Of a stretch of 64,000 nucleotides of DNA, positions 50,384-60,396 are shown piece after piece; the first letter of the stretch is position 1, and every line of letters begins with the position of its first letter. This stretch comes from an uncultured Verrucomicrobiae bacterium. Lineage in GTDB: Bacteria; Verrucomicrobiota; Verrucomicrobiia; Limisphaerales; Palsa-1400. The position numbers and the translations under genes are program-made. Location of the stretch: assembly GCA_963707025.1 (NCBI GenBank), contig CAVPOM010000004.1, forward strand, positions 1-64,000. Direction: 5' to 3'. The notes beneath the pieces are model-generated. The model saw nothing but the letters and a program-made list of their open reading frames with translations. It made no database searches and was not told the DNA's origin.

Positions 50384-50743
50384 TTAACTTGCGTCCAAAC
50401 CGAGGGCCTGCCGGCCCTGCGGACTGATCATGCTTTGGTGCCAGGGCGGGTCCCAAACCAGTTCGACATTGGCCTCTTCGATCTGGTCCAGGGCGAGCAG
50501 TTTTTCCTGCACATTGCCGGCAATCTGCCCGCCCAGGTGGCAGCCGGGCGAGGTCAGGGTCATCTTCACGTTGGCCTGGGTTCCCGTCACTGAAACGTCA
50601 TAGACCAGCCCCAAATCCACGATGTTGAGCGGGATTTCCGGGTCAAAACAATGGCGCAGTTGACCCCAAATCAAGTCTTCAATTTCCGCCCGCCTGGCGC
50701 CATTGCCGGGGGCGGAGCCGGACGATGTTGGCTGCGTGTTCAC
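50384..50743 (-). CDS. Metal-sulfur cluster assembly factor (DUF59/SufT-like)
   Basis: DPEIPLNIVDLGLVY, MTLTSPGC, VELVWDPPW; start GTG 50743 inferred. Confidence 0.9.
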   Translation of the reverse strand: MNTQPTSSGSAPGNGARRAEIEDLIWGQLRHCFDPEIPLNIVDLGLVYDVSVTGTQANVKMTLTSPGCHLGGQIAGNVQEKLLALDQIEEANVELVWDPPWHQSMISPQGRQALGLDAS

Positions 50744-50762
50744 AAGCTGATAATATGATAAA

Positions 50763-51797
50763 TTATCGGAGCCTTTCGCGCAAGGCCTGTGCCACCGCAA
50801 TAAAAGCCTGCGCGGCCGGCCCTTCCGGCTGGCCAACCACAACGGGTACCCCGGCGTCGCCACCCACCCGGATTTCCGTAAAAAGGGGGATTTCGCCCAA
50901 AAACGGAATGTTGCGCCGTTGCGCCTCGGAGCGGCCGCCGCCGTGGCCAAAAATCTCCAGGCGCTCGCCGGCGGGTGTGACAAAATAGCTCATATTCTCC
51001 ACGATGCCAAGGATGGGCACATTGACCTTTTCAAACATGGCAATGCCTTTGCGAACGACTCCCAAAGAGGCCTCCTGCGGTGTGGTGACGATGACGCCGC
51101 CATCCAGCGGGACAGTCTGGCACAGGGAGAGTTGGGCGTCGCCGGTGCCCGGCGGCATATCCACCAGCAGAAAATCCAGAGGCGCCCATTCCACTTCGGT
51201 AATGAATTGCTGGATGGCCTTCATAATCATCGGGCCGCGCCAAATCACCGGGGCATCGTCCTCGACCAGGAACCCCATGCTCATCAACTTGACGCCGTGG
51301 CGCGCCGGCGGGACCAGTTTTTCCGCGGCGCTGACGGTGGGTTTATCGCGAATTCCCATCATCAGCGGGATGCTGGGGCCGTAAATATCGCAATCGAGCA
51401 ATCCGACTTGCGCGCCCAGATGCTGCAAAGCGCAGGCCAGATTGACCGAGAGGGTGGACTTGCCCACGCCGCCCTTGCCGCTGGCCACCGCCACCACGCG
51501 ATGGATGCCCGGCAGGTTGTTCTGCTGCGACCAGGCCGTGGCGCCGCCCGGCGCGGGCGAGGCGGCGATTTCGACATGAAGATGCTCCAGCTCCGGGACG
51601 GCGCGGAGAGCTTTCTCGACCTCGCCCTTGATTTGCGCGGCCACGGCGGGACTGCCGCCGGTCAACTGGAGGGAAACGCTGACCGCCCCGGCATTGACGG
51701 CGATGTTTTTGACAATGCCAAAAGAGACAATATCGCGCGAATAGCCCGGATATTTGACCGACTTGAGGGCCTGGGTGACAATTTCCTGATTGAGCAT
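50763..51797 (-). CDS. apbC: Mrp/NBP35 (ApbC) Fe-S carrier ATPase
   Basis: SGKGGVGKST, DCDIYGPS, WRGPM, DMPPGTGD, VTTPQ, GIVENMS. Confidence 0.95.
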   Translation of the reverse strand: MLNQEIVTQALKSVKYPGYSRDIVSFGIVKNIAVNAGAVSVSLQLTGGSPAVAAQIKGEVEKALRAVPELEHLHVEIAASPAPGGATAWSQQNNLPGIHRVVAVASGKGGVGKSTLSVNLACALQHLGAQVGLLDCDIYGPSIPLMMGIRDKPTVSAAEKLVPPARHGVKLMSMGFLVEDDAPVIWRGPMIMKAIQQFITEVEWAPLDFLLVDMPPGTGDAQLSLCQTVPLDGGVIVTTPQEASLGVVRKGIAMFEKVNVPILGIVENMSYFVTPAGERLEIFGHGGGRSEAQRRNIPFLGEIPLFTEIRVGGDAGVPVVVGQPEGPAAQAFIAVAQALRERLR

Positions 51798-52051
51798 AGT
51801 TAGGACATGGTTCTTCGCGCCCGGCGAGGTTAAGGTTCAACGACGGCGGAGCAAAGACAAAAATTTAGCGGCCAGGCCCGTGCGCTGGATGGGTGTGCAA
51901 AGACCTGCCCGCCCAATACTGGCGGCAGTGCCGTCGCCACCAGGGCGGGCTTGCGCCCGTCCGGCTGCATTGCAAGGGCAGGATGGTGAACGCCCCCGGC
52001 AGAGGGGTAAGGAAGGCTTGTTTTTCAGCCGAACGCGGTTATTTTTCCGGC

Positions 52052-52267
52052 ATGAGCAAGATTGAGGAAATCGAGCAAGCCGTCGAGCGATTGCCTTTAA
52101 AAGAGTTCGCCATGCTGGCTGTCTGGGTTGACCGACGCCGCCGGCAGCTTGAAATCCCTGAGCCTGCCACCGACAAATGCCAGGCGGCCGTGCGCGACCA
52201 CAGCGCCTTTCTAAACAGCTACGCCCCTCAAGACGAGGGTCTTTACGACGATGCCGCAGCCCGGTGA
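52052..52267 (+). CDS. Putative antitoxin
   Basis: Small acidic ORF (MSKIEEIEQAVERLP...DEGLYDD) overlapping the downstream toxin start. Confidence 0.6.
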   Translation: MSKIEEIEQAVERLPLKEFAMLAVWVDRRRRQLEIPEPATDKCQAAVRDHSAFLNSYAPQDEGLYDDAAAR

Positions 52268-52574
52268 ATTCTGGCTGGCGGATATTCCTTTCACAACCGG
52301 CGCCGCCTCGAAGCTGCGTCCCGTTTTGGTGCTTTGGACGGATGCGGCTGATGTTGTGGTGGCGGCGGTTACTTCGGCACAGCCGCGTACCAAGACCGAT
52401 GCAGCCTTGCAAAACTGGGCCGGCGCGGGTTTGCGCGTGGCCTCCACCGTAAGACTTTCCCGGCTGGACTGTCTGGAACGACACCTTTTGCGCCGCCGGT
52501 TGGGTGCCCTTGATCCGCTCGATGCCGGGCAGTTGCAGCGCGTTTGGGCGAACGAAATCCGGCTGCGGTTCTGA
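52251..52574 (+). CDS. PemK/MazF-family toxin
   Basis: PGEFWLADIPFT....K.RPVLVL...V.AVTS...AGL...S.VR. Confidence 0.8.
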   Translation: MPQPGEFWLADIPFTTGAASKLRPVLVLWTDAADVVVAAVTSAQPRTKTDAALQNWAGAGLRVASTVRLSRLDCLERHLLRRRLGALDPLDAGQLQRVWANEIRLRF

Positions 52575-52675
52575 CCCTGCGCCAGCGCGCGCCGGCGGGG
52601 GCGGCGGAAGTTCTTGTTGCAATCCGCCTTGGCCGTGTGAACACTCTGCCGGAGGGTTAAATGGACCCTCCTTTT

Positions 52676-53419
52676 ATGATCGAACTGGCCAATCAAATCG
52701 CCGTGGTGACCGGGGCGGGACGGGGCATCGGGCGTGCCATCGCGCTGAAATTTGCGGCGGCGGGGGCGGAGGTGGCGTGCGTTTCGCGCACGGCGGAGAA
52801 TGCGGAAAAAGTGGCGCAGGAAATCCGCGCCCTCGGGCGCAAGGCCTGGGCGCACGCGGTGGACGTGGCCGATGCGGCCGCCGTGGCCGCGGCGGCGGAA
52901 GCGATTCTGGCGGAGGCGGGCCGGGTGGACATTTTGGTCAACAACGCCGGGATCAACCGCGACGGATTGATGATGCGGATGAGCGAGGCGGATTGGGACG
53001 CGGTCTTGGACACAAATTTAAAAGGGGCGTTTTCCTTTACCAAAGGCTTGAGCCGTGCTTTTCTCAGGCAGCGCTCGGGGCGGATCTTGAACATCTCCTC
53101 GGTCATCGGGCTGATGGGCAACGCCGGGCAGTGCAATTATTCGGCCAGCAAGGCCGGGCTGATCGGTTTTACCCGGGCGGCGGCGCGGGAATTCGCCTCG
53201 CGCGGCGTCACGGTCAACGCCCTGGCGCCGGGCTACATTGAAACGGACATGACGGCGGTGATGACGCCGGAAAGCAAGGCGGAGATAGCCCGGCACATCC
53301 CCTTGGGCCGGTTGGGGCGGACGGAAGACATCGCCGCGGCGGCGCTGTTCCTGGCGGGGCCGGGTGCGGCTTACATCACCGGGCAGGTGCTGACGGTGGA
53401 CGGGGGCCTGGTGATGTAG
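52676..53419 (+). CDS. fabG: 3-oxoacyl-ACP reductase
   Basis: [32 protein letters not shown]; upstream of acpP-fabF. Confidence 0.96.
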   Translation: MIELANQIAVVTGAGRGIGRAIALKFAAAGAEVACVSRTAENAEKVAQEIRALGRKAWAHAVDVADAAAVAAAAEAILAEAGRVDILVNNAGINRDGLMMRMSEADWDAVLDTNLKGAFSFTKGLSRAFLRQRSGRILNISSVIGLMGNAGQCNYSASKAGLIGFTRAAAREFASRGVTVNALAPGYIETDMTAVMTPESKAEIARHIPLGRLGRTEDIAAAALFLAGPGAAYITGQVLTVDGGLVM

Positions 53420-53532
53420 AGCCAGGCGGGCCGGAGGCGCCAGGCGCTTGCGGCGAGAATAAAAATGCAATAGGACTTGACGCCCCCGGCAACCTGGGGC
53501 ATAGAAAAGCCAAACAACAACGGAGTTTACCA

Positions 53533-53778
53533 ATGCCTGAAAAAACAATTGAGGAAAGAGTCAGAGAGATTATCGTTGAACAACTGGGCGTCAACGCTGA
53601 CCAAGTCACCCCCGAAGCCAAATTCATCGAGGATTTGGGAGCTGACTCGCTGGACACGGTGGAATTGGTGATGGCGCTGGAAGAGGAGTTTGGCAACGAA
53701 ATCCCGGACGAGCAGGCCGAGAAGCTGCAAAGCGTGGGGGATGTCATTAAATACATTGAGGACACCCAGAAAAAGTAG
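53533..53778 (+). CDS. acpP: Acyl carrier protein
   Basis: [20 protein letters not shown]. Confidence 0.98.
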   Translation: MPEKTIEERVREIIVEQLGVNADQVTPEAKFIEDLGADSLDTVELVMALEEEFGNEIPDEQAEKLQSVGDVIKYIEDTQKK

Positions 53779-53797
53779 TGGCTTCGCCCGTTGACGG

Positions 53798-53830
53798 GGC
53801 AGCGCGTCTGACGCCGGGCTGCCTTTTTTT
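53798..53830 (+). terminator. Possible partial intrinsic terminator between acpP and fabF
   Basis: ggcagc...gctgcc stem followed by T7, immediately before the fabF ATG. Confidence 0.5.
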
Positions 53831-55090
53831 ATGGCGCGACACTGGATAGACCGCAGAGTGGTAATCACCGGGCTGGGGGCGGTGTCCTCGCTCGGCCAGA
53901 CCGTCGAGACCTTTTGGAAAAACATACTCGACGGCCAATGCGGCATCCAAGCCATCACCGCTTTCGACGCCTCCGCCTACGACTGCCGGATCGCGGCGCA
54001 AATCAATCAATTCGATCCCAGCCCGGCTTTTCCCTCTCCCAAGGACGTGCGCCGGGCGGATCGCTTCACCCAGTTTTCCGTCTTCGCCGCCCATCAGGCT
54101 CTGCTGGACTCGGGCGCGGACCTGGACAAGGTGGACCGGGACCATGTGGGGGTGTTCATCGGCTCGGGCATCGGCGGATTGCATACCACCGAAGCGCAGC
54201 ACCGCAATCTCCTGAGCAATGGCCCCGGGCGGCTTTCCCCGTTCATGATTCCGATGCTCATTCTCAACATGGGTTCGGGGCTGTTTTCCATCTTCCAGAA
54301 TTTGCGCGGTCCGAATCTGGCCACTTGTTCGGCCTGCGCCACCGCCACCCACGCCTTGGGCGAGGCCTGGCGGACCATCAAAATGGGCGACGCCAACATG
54401 ATGTTTGCCGGGGGCAGCGAAGCGGCCATCATCCCGATGGGCATGGGCGGCTTTTGCGCCATGCGCGCCCTGAGCACGCGCAACGACGATCCGCAACACG
54501 CTTCCCGGCCCTTTGATCTGGACCGGGATGGATTTGTCATGGGGGAAGGCGCCGGGGTGCTCGTGCTGGAAGAATTGGAACACGCCAAGGCGCGCGGCGC
54601 CCGCATTTACGCGGAAATGACCGGTTACGGCAACACCGCCGACGCCAACCATCTCACCGCGCCGTCGCCCGGCGGAGAAGGGGCGGCCCGCTGCATGAGG
54701 ATGGCGCTGCGCTCGGCCGGACTGAACCCTTCGGACATTTCCTACATCAACGCGCACGGCACCTCCACCCAGCAGGGCGACATCGCCGAAACTCAGGCGA
54801 TCAAGTCCGTTTTCGGCGCGGACGCGAAAAAAATCGCGGTCAGCTCCACCAAGGGCGCGACCGGGCACATGTTGGGCGCGGCCGGCGCGGTGGAGATGAT
54901 CCTTTGCGTCAAGGCCATCCAGGCCGGCGTCGTTCCCCCCACCATCAATCTGGAGAAGCCCGATCCGCAATGCGATCTGGACTACGTGCCCGGCGCGGCC
55001 AGGGAAATGAAGGTCGCCGCTGCTGTCAACAATTCCTTCGGTTTCGGCGGCCACAACGCCTCCGTCATCGCCGTCCAGTTCAATGGTTGA
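53831..55090 (+). CDS. fabF: Beta-ketoacyl-ACP synthase II
   Basis: SACAT, RDGFVMGEGAG, NAHGTST, STKG.TGH.LGAAG, NSFGFGGHN. Confidence 0.97.
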   Translation: MARHWIDRRVVITGLGAVSSLGQTVETFWKNILDGQCGIQAITAFDASAYDCRIAAQINQFDPSPAFPSPKDVRRADRFTQFSVFAAHQALLDSGADLDKVDRDHVGVFIGSGIGGLHTTEAQHRNLLSNGPGRLSPFMIPMLILNMGSGLFSIFQNLRGPNLATCSACATATHALGEAWRTIKMGDANMMFAGGSEAAIIPMGMGGFCAMRALSTRNDDPQHASRPFDLDRDGFVMGEGAGVLVLEELEHAKARGARIYAEMTGYGNTADANHLTAPSPGGEGAARCMRMALRSAGLNPSDISYINAHGTSTQQGDIAETQAIKSVFGADAKKIAVSSTKGATGHMLGAAGAVEMILCVKAIQAGVVPPTINLEKPDPQCDLDYVPGAAREMKVAAAVNNSFGFGGHNASVIAVQFNG

Positions 55091-55188
55091 CCCGCTTTCG
55101 CGCCAGGCTTCGGCGCACCCGGACCCACGCCGCCGCGCACCGGGCGGGTGGGTGGGCTTGGCCCGCCGGACGGGGCGTCCTGGCCAAA

Positions 55189-55678
55189 CTATCCCTTGAA
55201 CACCACCAACACGCCGTAGTCCTCCACCTGGTTGTGGGTGGACATGTCAATGGTGCTGTAGTTAATGGTGTTGATGCTCACGATGTTGACCTGCCCGACC
55301 TCCTCCAGGAAGTGGGATACCTTCTCATCGAAACGGTCCCGCCCCACCTCCTGGCAATCCGATCTTTTGAAGGTTTTGATGCGCATGGTCTTGTCACCGG
55401 TCTTGGCCACCACCTCCAGCGGGCGGCTGGGTTTTTGGATAAGCCCGTCCGCCGGCGCCTCGTCGGGCCGGCACGCTGAAGTGCCTGGACTCGTGAAAGG
55501 CTGCGATGGCGTCGGGCGCGGCGGGGGCCGGGGCGGGCGCGGGCGCGGGGCTGCTTGATGATTGACTGGGCACCGTGATGGTGTTGAAACAGGAGGGGCA
55601 TTGCAGAGTGGATCCGGCCCCGCCGGCATCCACTTCCAATTCCTGGTCGCAGTGCGGACATTTGAAGACGACATCCAT
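55189..55678 (-). CDS. Zinc-ribbon hypothetical protein; apparent frameshift near 55467
   Basis: N-terminal CPHC...CPSC and PA linker (ORF 55394..55678) continue as the protein-like LIQKPSRPLEV...DYGVLVVFKG (ORF 55189..55674). Confidence 0.65.
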
Positions 55679-55839
55679 AGTTAACTCACTTTGGTGTTGG
55701 GTTTAGGCTGTATGGCGTCAGAGTAGCCGCCGCGCCGGAAAAATCGAGACAAATCTTTGCGCTGGCAGGTTTTCCAGCCCTCTCCTGCCCGGGCTGTTTT
55801 GAACTTTGAATTCCGCCGCGGCAAGTTTATACTGGCATA

Positions 55840-56484
55840 ATGAAACGTGAGCATATTCTGGCCGGTCTTTTCCTCGGCCTTTCTCTTTTGCGCCTGCCGG
55901 CCGTGGGACAGGACGCCGCCGCCACCAACGCCGCCGCGGTGGCGGAACAACAAGGCGTGGATGAAAAGTTCAAATCAATGGCCGCCGACATCAAAAGCCT
56001 GCGCGACGCCAACCAGATGCTCCTGGAAAAATTGTCCGCGCTCACCGATGACCTGCGGCAGATTCGCACCGAGCAGGCCCGCCTGGCCGCCACTGCCGTC
56101 GGGCGCGATGACCTCAAGCCGCTGGCCCAACGCATTGAGGAAGTGGACAAGAAACGCCAGGAGGACAAGGAGTCCATTTCAGAGGAGATCAAACAATCGG
56201 CCGCCCGCCTGGAAAAGCTGCTGACCAGCGCCCCCGAGATTTCGCCCAAGCCTCCGCCCATCAAACCGGCCCCCGGCGCGCCGCCGGCCGCGGAGGACGG
56301 ATTCAGTTATACGATCAAAGACGGCGACAGACTGCTGGACATTGTCAACGCCTACAACGCCGACTTCAAAAGCAAAGGGATGAAGACCATCACCTTGAAA
56401 CAGGCCATGCAGGCCAATCCGGAGGTGGATTGGACCCGTTTGAAAATCGGCCAAAAAATCGTCATTCCCCATCCGCCGGAGTAA
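55840..56484 (+). CDS. Secreted coiled-coil + LysM domain protein
   Basis: Signal peptide, heptad region, Y.IKDGD.L..I...ANP....LKIGQKI.IP. Confidence 0.85.
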   Translation: MKREHILAGLFLGLSLLRLPAVGQDAAATNAAAVAEQQGVDEKFKSMAADIKSLRDANQMLLEKLSALTDDLRQIRTEQARLAATAVGRDDLKPLAQRIEEVDKKRQEDKESISEEIKQSAARLEKLLTSAPEISPKPPPIKPAPGAPPAAEDGFSYTIKDGDRLLDIVNAYNADFKSKGMKTITLKQAMQANPEVDWTRLKIGQKIVIPHPPE

Positions 56485-56496
56485 CCGGCCGCCCTC

Positions 56497-56973
56497 ATGC
56501 AAATCACCCGCGCAGGCGAATACGGCGTTTTGGGCCTGATGAATCTGGCCCGGCGCGCTCCCGGCGAAATGGCCATGATCGAAGAGGTCAGCCGGATGGA
56601 GAAAATACCGGGCAGCTTTCTGGCCAAAATTTTCCAGCATCTGGTCAAAGCCGGCCTGGTCCGTTCCAACCGGGGCGCGCACGGCGGTTTTGCGCTGGCC
56701 CGCAACCCGGCGCAAATCACCGTGCTGGAGATTATTGAAGCGATCGAAGGCAAAATTATTTTCCAGCGTTGCAAACTGGACAAGCCGGACTGTCAACACG
56801 TCGGCGGTTGCGCGGTCTGCGGCTTGTTTGAACAGGCGCAGGACGGGGTCAAAGAGGTGCTGGCGCGCACCAGCCTGGGCGGCCTGCTGGCTCGGAAGAT
56901 GCCGGCGCCCGCGCTGGCTTCCCCCGCCCGCCGCCGCCACCGCCCGAGCCTGGGGCGCGCGCGCCGCCCATGA
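56497..56973 (+). CDS. Rrf2-family regulator (IscR/NsrR-like)
   Basis: EYG...L, FLAKIFQ.L.KAGLV.S.RG..GGF.LAR, C-x6-C-x5-C-x2-C. Confidence 0.92.
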   Translation: MQITRAGEYGVLGLMNLARRAPGEMAMIEEVSRMEKIPGSFLAKIFQHLVKAGLVRSNRGAHGGFALARNPAQITVLEIIEAIEGKIIFQRCKLDKPDCQHVGGCAVCGLFEQAQDGVKEVLARTSLGGLLARKMPAPALASPARRRHRPSLGRARRP

Positions 56974-57386
56974 AGCCGGCCCCGGCTCTTTACAATCCCA
57001 CCGTGCTGGATCATTTCCTGAACCCGCGCAACGTGGGGGAAGTGCCGCAAGCCGAGGCGCTGGGCCAAGCGGGCGAACCCAATTGCGGCGACACCATGCG
57101 GCTGAGCCTGCGCATCCAGGACGGCAGGATTGTGGACGCACGGTTCCGAACCCTGGGCTGCGGCGCGGCCATCGCCAGTTCCAGCATGGCGACCGAATTG
57201 CTCAAAGGCAGGACGGTGGAGGAGGCGCGGCATTTTTCCAACGAGGAGGTGGTGGCGGCGTTGGGGGGATTGCCGCCCGCCAAGCGCCAATGCTCCGTCC
57301 TGGCCGGGCAAGCCCTGCGCGCCGCGCTGGCAGATTATGACAGAAGGCGTCCCGGCGCGGACGCCCCCCGCCGGCCCGGCCGCTGA
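56970..57386 (+). CDS. iscU: IscU/NifU-N-like Fe-S scaffold
   Basis: DHF.NPRNVG, CGD, GCGAAIASSS, LPPAKRQCS. Confidence 0.88.
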   Translation: MKPAPALYNPTVLDHFLNPRNVGEVPQAEALGQAGEPNCGDTMRLSLRIQDGRIVDARFRTLGCGAAIASSSMATELLKGRTVEEARHFSNEEVVAALGGLPPAKRQCSVLAGQALRAALADYDRRRPGADAPRRPGR

Positions 57387-57398
57387 ACCGTCCCGCCG

Positions 57399-58577
57399 AT
57401 GCGCCACGTTTATTTAGACCACCAGTCCGCCACGCCCGTTTTGCCGGAGGTTCTGGAGGCGATGCAGCCGTTTTTCACCGAGGCTTATGGGAACCCTTCT
57501 TCGTTGCACCGGCACGGCTTGCTCGCCCGCGACGCCCTCGACAAGGCCCGCGCGCAGATCGCCGCCTTCATCAACGCGGCCGCGCCCGAAGAAATCATCT
57601 TTACTTCCGACGGGACCGAAGCCGGCAACCTGGCCGTCAAAGGAGCCGCCGCCGCCAATGAGCGCAGCGGCAACCATCTTATCATCAGCGCCACCGAACA
57701 CCCGGCCGTGATCGCCTCGGCCGAATACCTGGAAAGCCGCGGCTTTGCCTGCACCCGCCTGAAAGTGGACGCGGAGGGCGTGGTTGATCCCGGCAACGTC
57801 CGCTCCGCCATTATTGACAAGACGATTTTAATCGCCGTCCATCACGTCAACCATGAGATCGGCACGATTGAGCCGGTGCGGGAAATCGGCGCCCTGGCCA
57901 GGGAGCGCGGCATTGCCTTTTATGTGGATGCCGAGGCCAGCGCCGGCTGGCTGCCCATGGATGCGCAGGACTGGGGCGCCAGCCTGCTTTCCTTTTCCCC
58001 GCACCGCTTTTACGGGCCAAAAGGCGTGGGCGTCCTGTATCAAAATCGGCGCACCCGCCTGGCCGCAATGCTGCACGGGGGCGACCAGGAAGACGGGCGG
58101 CGGGCCGGAGTGGAGAACGTGCCGGCCATTGTCGGGGCGGGCGCGGCGGCGGAAATCGCCGGACGCGAACTGGCGCAACGCCGCGCCCACTGCGCCCGTT
58201 TGCAGCGGCGGCTGTGGGACGGTTTGCGCGCCAAAATTCCCCATATCAAGCTCAACGGCCCCGAACCTGGACCCGGCCGCCATCCGGGCACCTTGAACAT
58301 TTCCACCGAATTCATCGAAGGCGAAGCGCAATTATTGCTGTGCGACATGCAGGGCATCGCGGTGGCCAGTGGTTCCAGTTGCGTGAGCCGGTCGCGGCAA
58401 ATCTCCCACGTCCTCGCCGCCATCGGTCTGGACCCGGCGCTGGCCCGCGGCAACATCATCCTCTCCCTGGGCCGGGACAACACGGAGGAGGACGTGGACT
58501 ACGTGATCGAGACCTTCCCGAAAATCGTCGCCAAACTTCGCGCCCTCTCCCCCGCCTGGCAGGACAAACCCATCTGA
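57399..58577 (+). CDS. IscS/NifS-like cysteine desulfurase homolog lacking the PLP lysine
   Basis: YLD...TP, YGNPSSLH, EH, N.EIG, SPHRFYGPKG (R at the K position), SGSSC. Confidence 0.85.
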   Translation: MRHVYLDHQSATPVLPEVLEAMQPFFTEAYGNPSSLHRHGLLARDALDKARAQIAAFINAAAPEEIIFTSDGTEAGNLAVKGAAAANERSGNHLIISATEHPAVIASAEYLESRGFACTRLKVDAEGVVDPGNVRSAIIDKTILIAVHHVNHEIGTIEPVREIGALARERGIAFYVDAEASAGWLPMDAQDWGASLLSFSPHRFYGPKGVGVLYQNRRTRLAAMLHGGDQEDGRRAGVENVPAIVGAGAAAEIAGRELAQRRAHCARLQRRLWDGLRAKIPHIKLNGPEPGPGRHPGTLNISTEFIEGEAQLLLCDMQGIAVASGSSCVSRSRQISHVLAAIGLDPALARGNIILSLGRDNTEEDVDYVIETFPKIVAKLRALSPAWQDKPI

Positions 58578-58610
58578 ATCTACCCAAAAGCCAGCCATGA
58601 ACCGTTCCGG

Positions 58611-58668
58611 GGAGCATACGCGCCCTCGCGTGTGGCGGCCGGCGCCCTCGCCGGCCGCTTTTCTTTTG
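58611..58668 (+). repeat. GGAG-headed double hairpin (REP-like), possibly acting as a terminator
   Basis: catacgcg-ccct-cgcgtgtg and gcggccggcg-ccct-cgccggccgc, followed by ttttctttt. Confidence 0.6.
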
Positions 58669-58683
58669 TTCCATAGGAATTGC

Positions 58684-58983
58684 ATGGATCCTCCCTCAGC
58701 GCTGACGGCGCGTTACCCGCGGATTTGGGATCTCATCCAGCCCTTGCCACGGAGCGTCCGGTTGGGCTACATTGACGGCATGACCGTGAAACGGACAAAA
58801 TCAGTAACCCTTGAAGAGCTCTGGGATTACGAAGCCAGGCATCCCGTGGTCTTCGCGTCACCCCGCGCCTTGGCCGAAGCGCGTCTTATTGCTGATTTGT
58901 ATCGCGCAAGGCATTGGCGCCGCCTTATGCGGGCTAATGGTGTGGCACATGATTCATCGCGCCGCAAGCTTGCAGTGGCCTAA
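58684..58983 (+). CDS. Hypothetical small protein
   Basis: Open frame with no recognisable motif; start uncertain. Confidence 0.3.
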   Translation: MDPPSALTARYPRIWDLIQPLPRSVRLGYIDGMTVKRTKSVTLEELWDYEARHPVVFASPRALAEARLIADLYRARHWRRLMRANGVAHDSSRRKLAVA

Positions 58984-59112
58984 AGCCTCCCCGACAAGTG
59001 CCCGGTCGTAAACTCGCTGGATTCCAGCTCGCGCCCTGTTTGCCCTTCGCAACCTGGAATCCACCGCCATCACCACCAGGGCACGGCTTCGCTCACCATG
59101 CTCGCTGATTGG

Positions 59113-60396
59113 TCAGGGGAAGCCGAGGCCGTAGAAGCGTCCTGAACTGTTTCCCTGCAGTGGTTCGCTGTAATGAAACAAGCCGTTGACGAGCGTGTTC
59201 GTCGTCAGCGGAACCCAATCTGCGTTGGCCAGATTTGTACAGACTTCCACCACGACGGCAAAATCATTCGAAGCCGTGATGTCGAACCCAAATTGATTAT
59301 TCCTCATCCCAAAACCACCGTCGCCGGTTTGAATCACCGGATTCCAAAGCACAGGGGACAGCCCGCCGAAAGGGGAACTCCATCCGGTCGTGCCAGGCAA
59401 ATAATAGACCGCCGCATCGTTGTCAGGAGAGAACACATTCGAGCCAAGGGTGGGAGCGTCGCCCGTGAAATACACGCTCCGCAGGTTCGTGGAGTTATTG
59501 AACGCATAATCTCCGATGCTGGTGACGCTGCCGAGCACCGTGACGCTGGTCAGGCTTTGGCACATGAGGAACGCACTGCCCCCAATGCTGGTGACGCTGC
59601 CGGGAATGGTCACGCTGGTGAGGCCGCTCTGCTCGAACGCACCGTCCCCGATGCTGGTCACCCCGCCGGGAATCGTCACGCGAGTCAAGTTGGTGCAGTA
59701 ACCGAATGCCAACTCTCCGATGTTAGTGAGGCTGCCGGGAATCGTCACGCTGGTCAGGCTGGTGCAGGAAAAGAACGCCTGAACTCCGATCTCGGGCACA
59801 CCGTTGCCAATCGTGACGCTGGCCAGGTTGGTGCAGGCATCGAAGGCATCCAATCCGATGTTGGTGACGCTGCCGGGAATCGTCACGCTGGTCAGGCCAG
59901 AGTCAGCGAATGCCTCATCCCCGATGCTGCCTACGCCATTGACAATGATGACGTTTGTCAGGTTGTTGCACTCACCGAAAGCATTATACCCTATGCTGCT
60001 AACGCTTCCAGGAATCGTCACGCCCTCAAGATCAACACATCTGAAAAACGCAAAATCTCCGATGTTAGTCAGGCTGCCCAGAATCGTGACATTGGTCAAG
60101 TCGGTGCAGACCTCAAACGCATTCGCTTCAACACTGGTGACGCCGGAGGGAATCATGACCTCGGTTATGAGGGAGCCGCCGGAATTGCCAAAAACGTCGC
60201 TGAACGCGCCATGCCCGATAATGGTCACGGTCAGGCCGTTGGTGGTGGGTGGAATCGCCACGGCCCCTCCAGTCCCCGTATATTGGGTAATGGCGATGGT
60301 ATTGTCGGCATTTGTAGAAATAACGAATTGGGCTTGCACCGCCGCCGGTGCGGCCAGTACCAGTGAGCCTAAAATGATGGGCCAGGTTTTTTTCAT
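59113..60396 (-). CDS. BspA-like LRR_5 surface protein
   Basis: Signal peptide MKKTWPIILGSLVLAAPAAVQA; IPGSVT.IG..AF..C.LT repeats; paralog of 11799..13583. Confidence 0.9.
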   Translation of the reverse strand: MKKTWPIILGSLVLAAPAAVQAQFVISTNADNTIAITQYTGTGGAVAIPPTTNGLTVTIIGHGAFSDVFGNSGGSLITEVMIPSGVTSVEANAFEVCTDLTNVTILGSLTNIGDFAFFRCVDLEGVTIPGSVSSIGYNAFGECNNLTNVIIVNGVGSIGDEAFADSGLTSVTIPGSVTNIGLDAFDACTNLASVTIGNGVPEIGVQAFFSCTSLTSVTIPGSLTNIGELAFGYCTNLTRVTIPGGVTSIGDGAFEQSGLTSVTIPGSVTSIGGSAFLMCQSLTSVTVLGSVTSIGDYAFNNSTNLRSVYFTGDAPTLGSNVFSPDNDAAVYYLPGTTGWSSPFGGLSPVLWNPVIQTGDGGFGMRNNQFGFDITASNDFAVVVEVCTNLANADWVPLTTNTLVNGLFHYSEPLQGNSSGRFYGLGFP

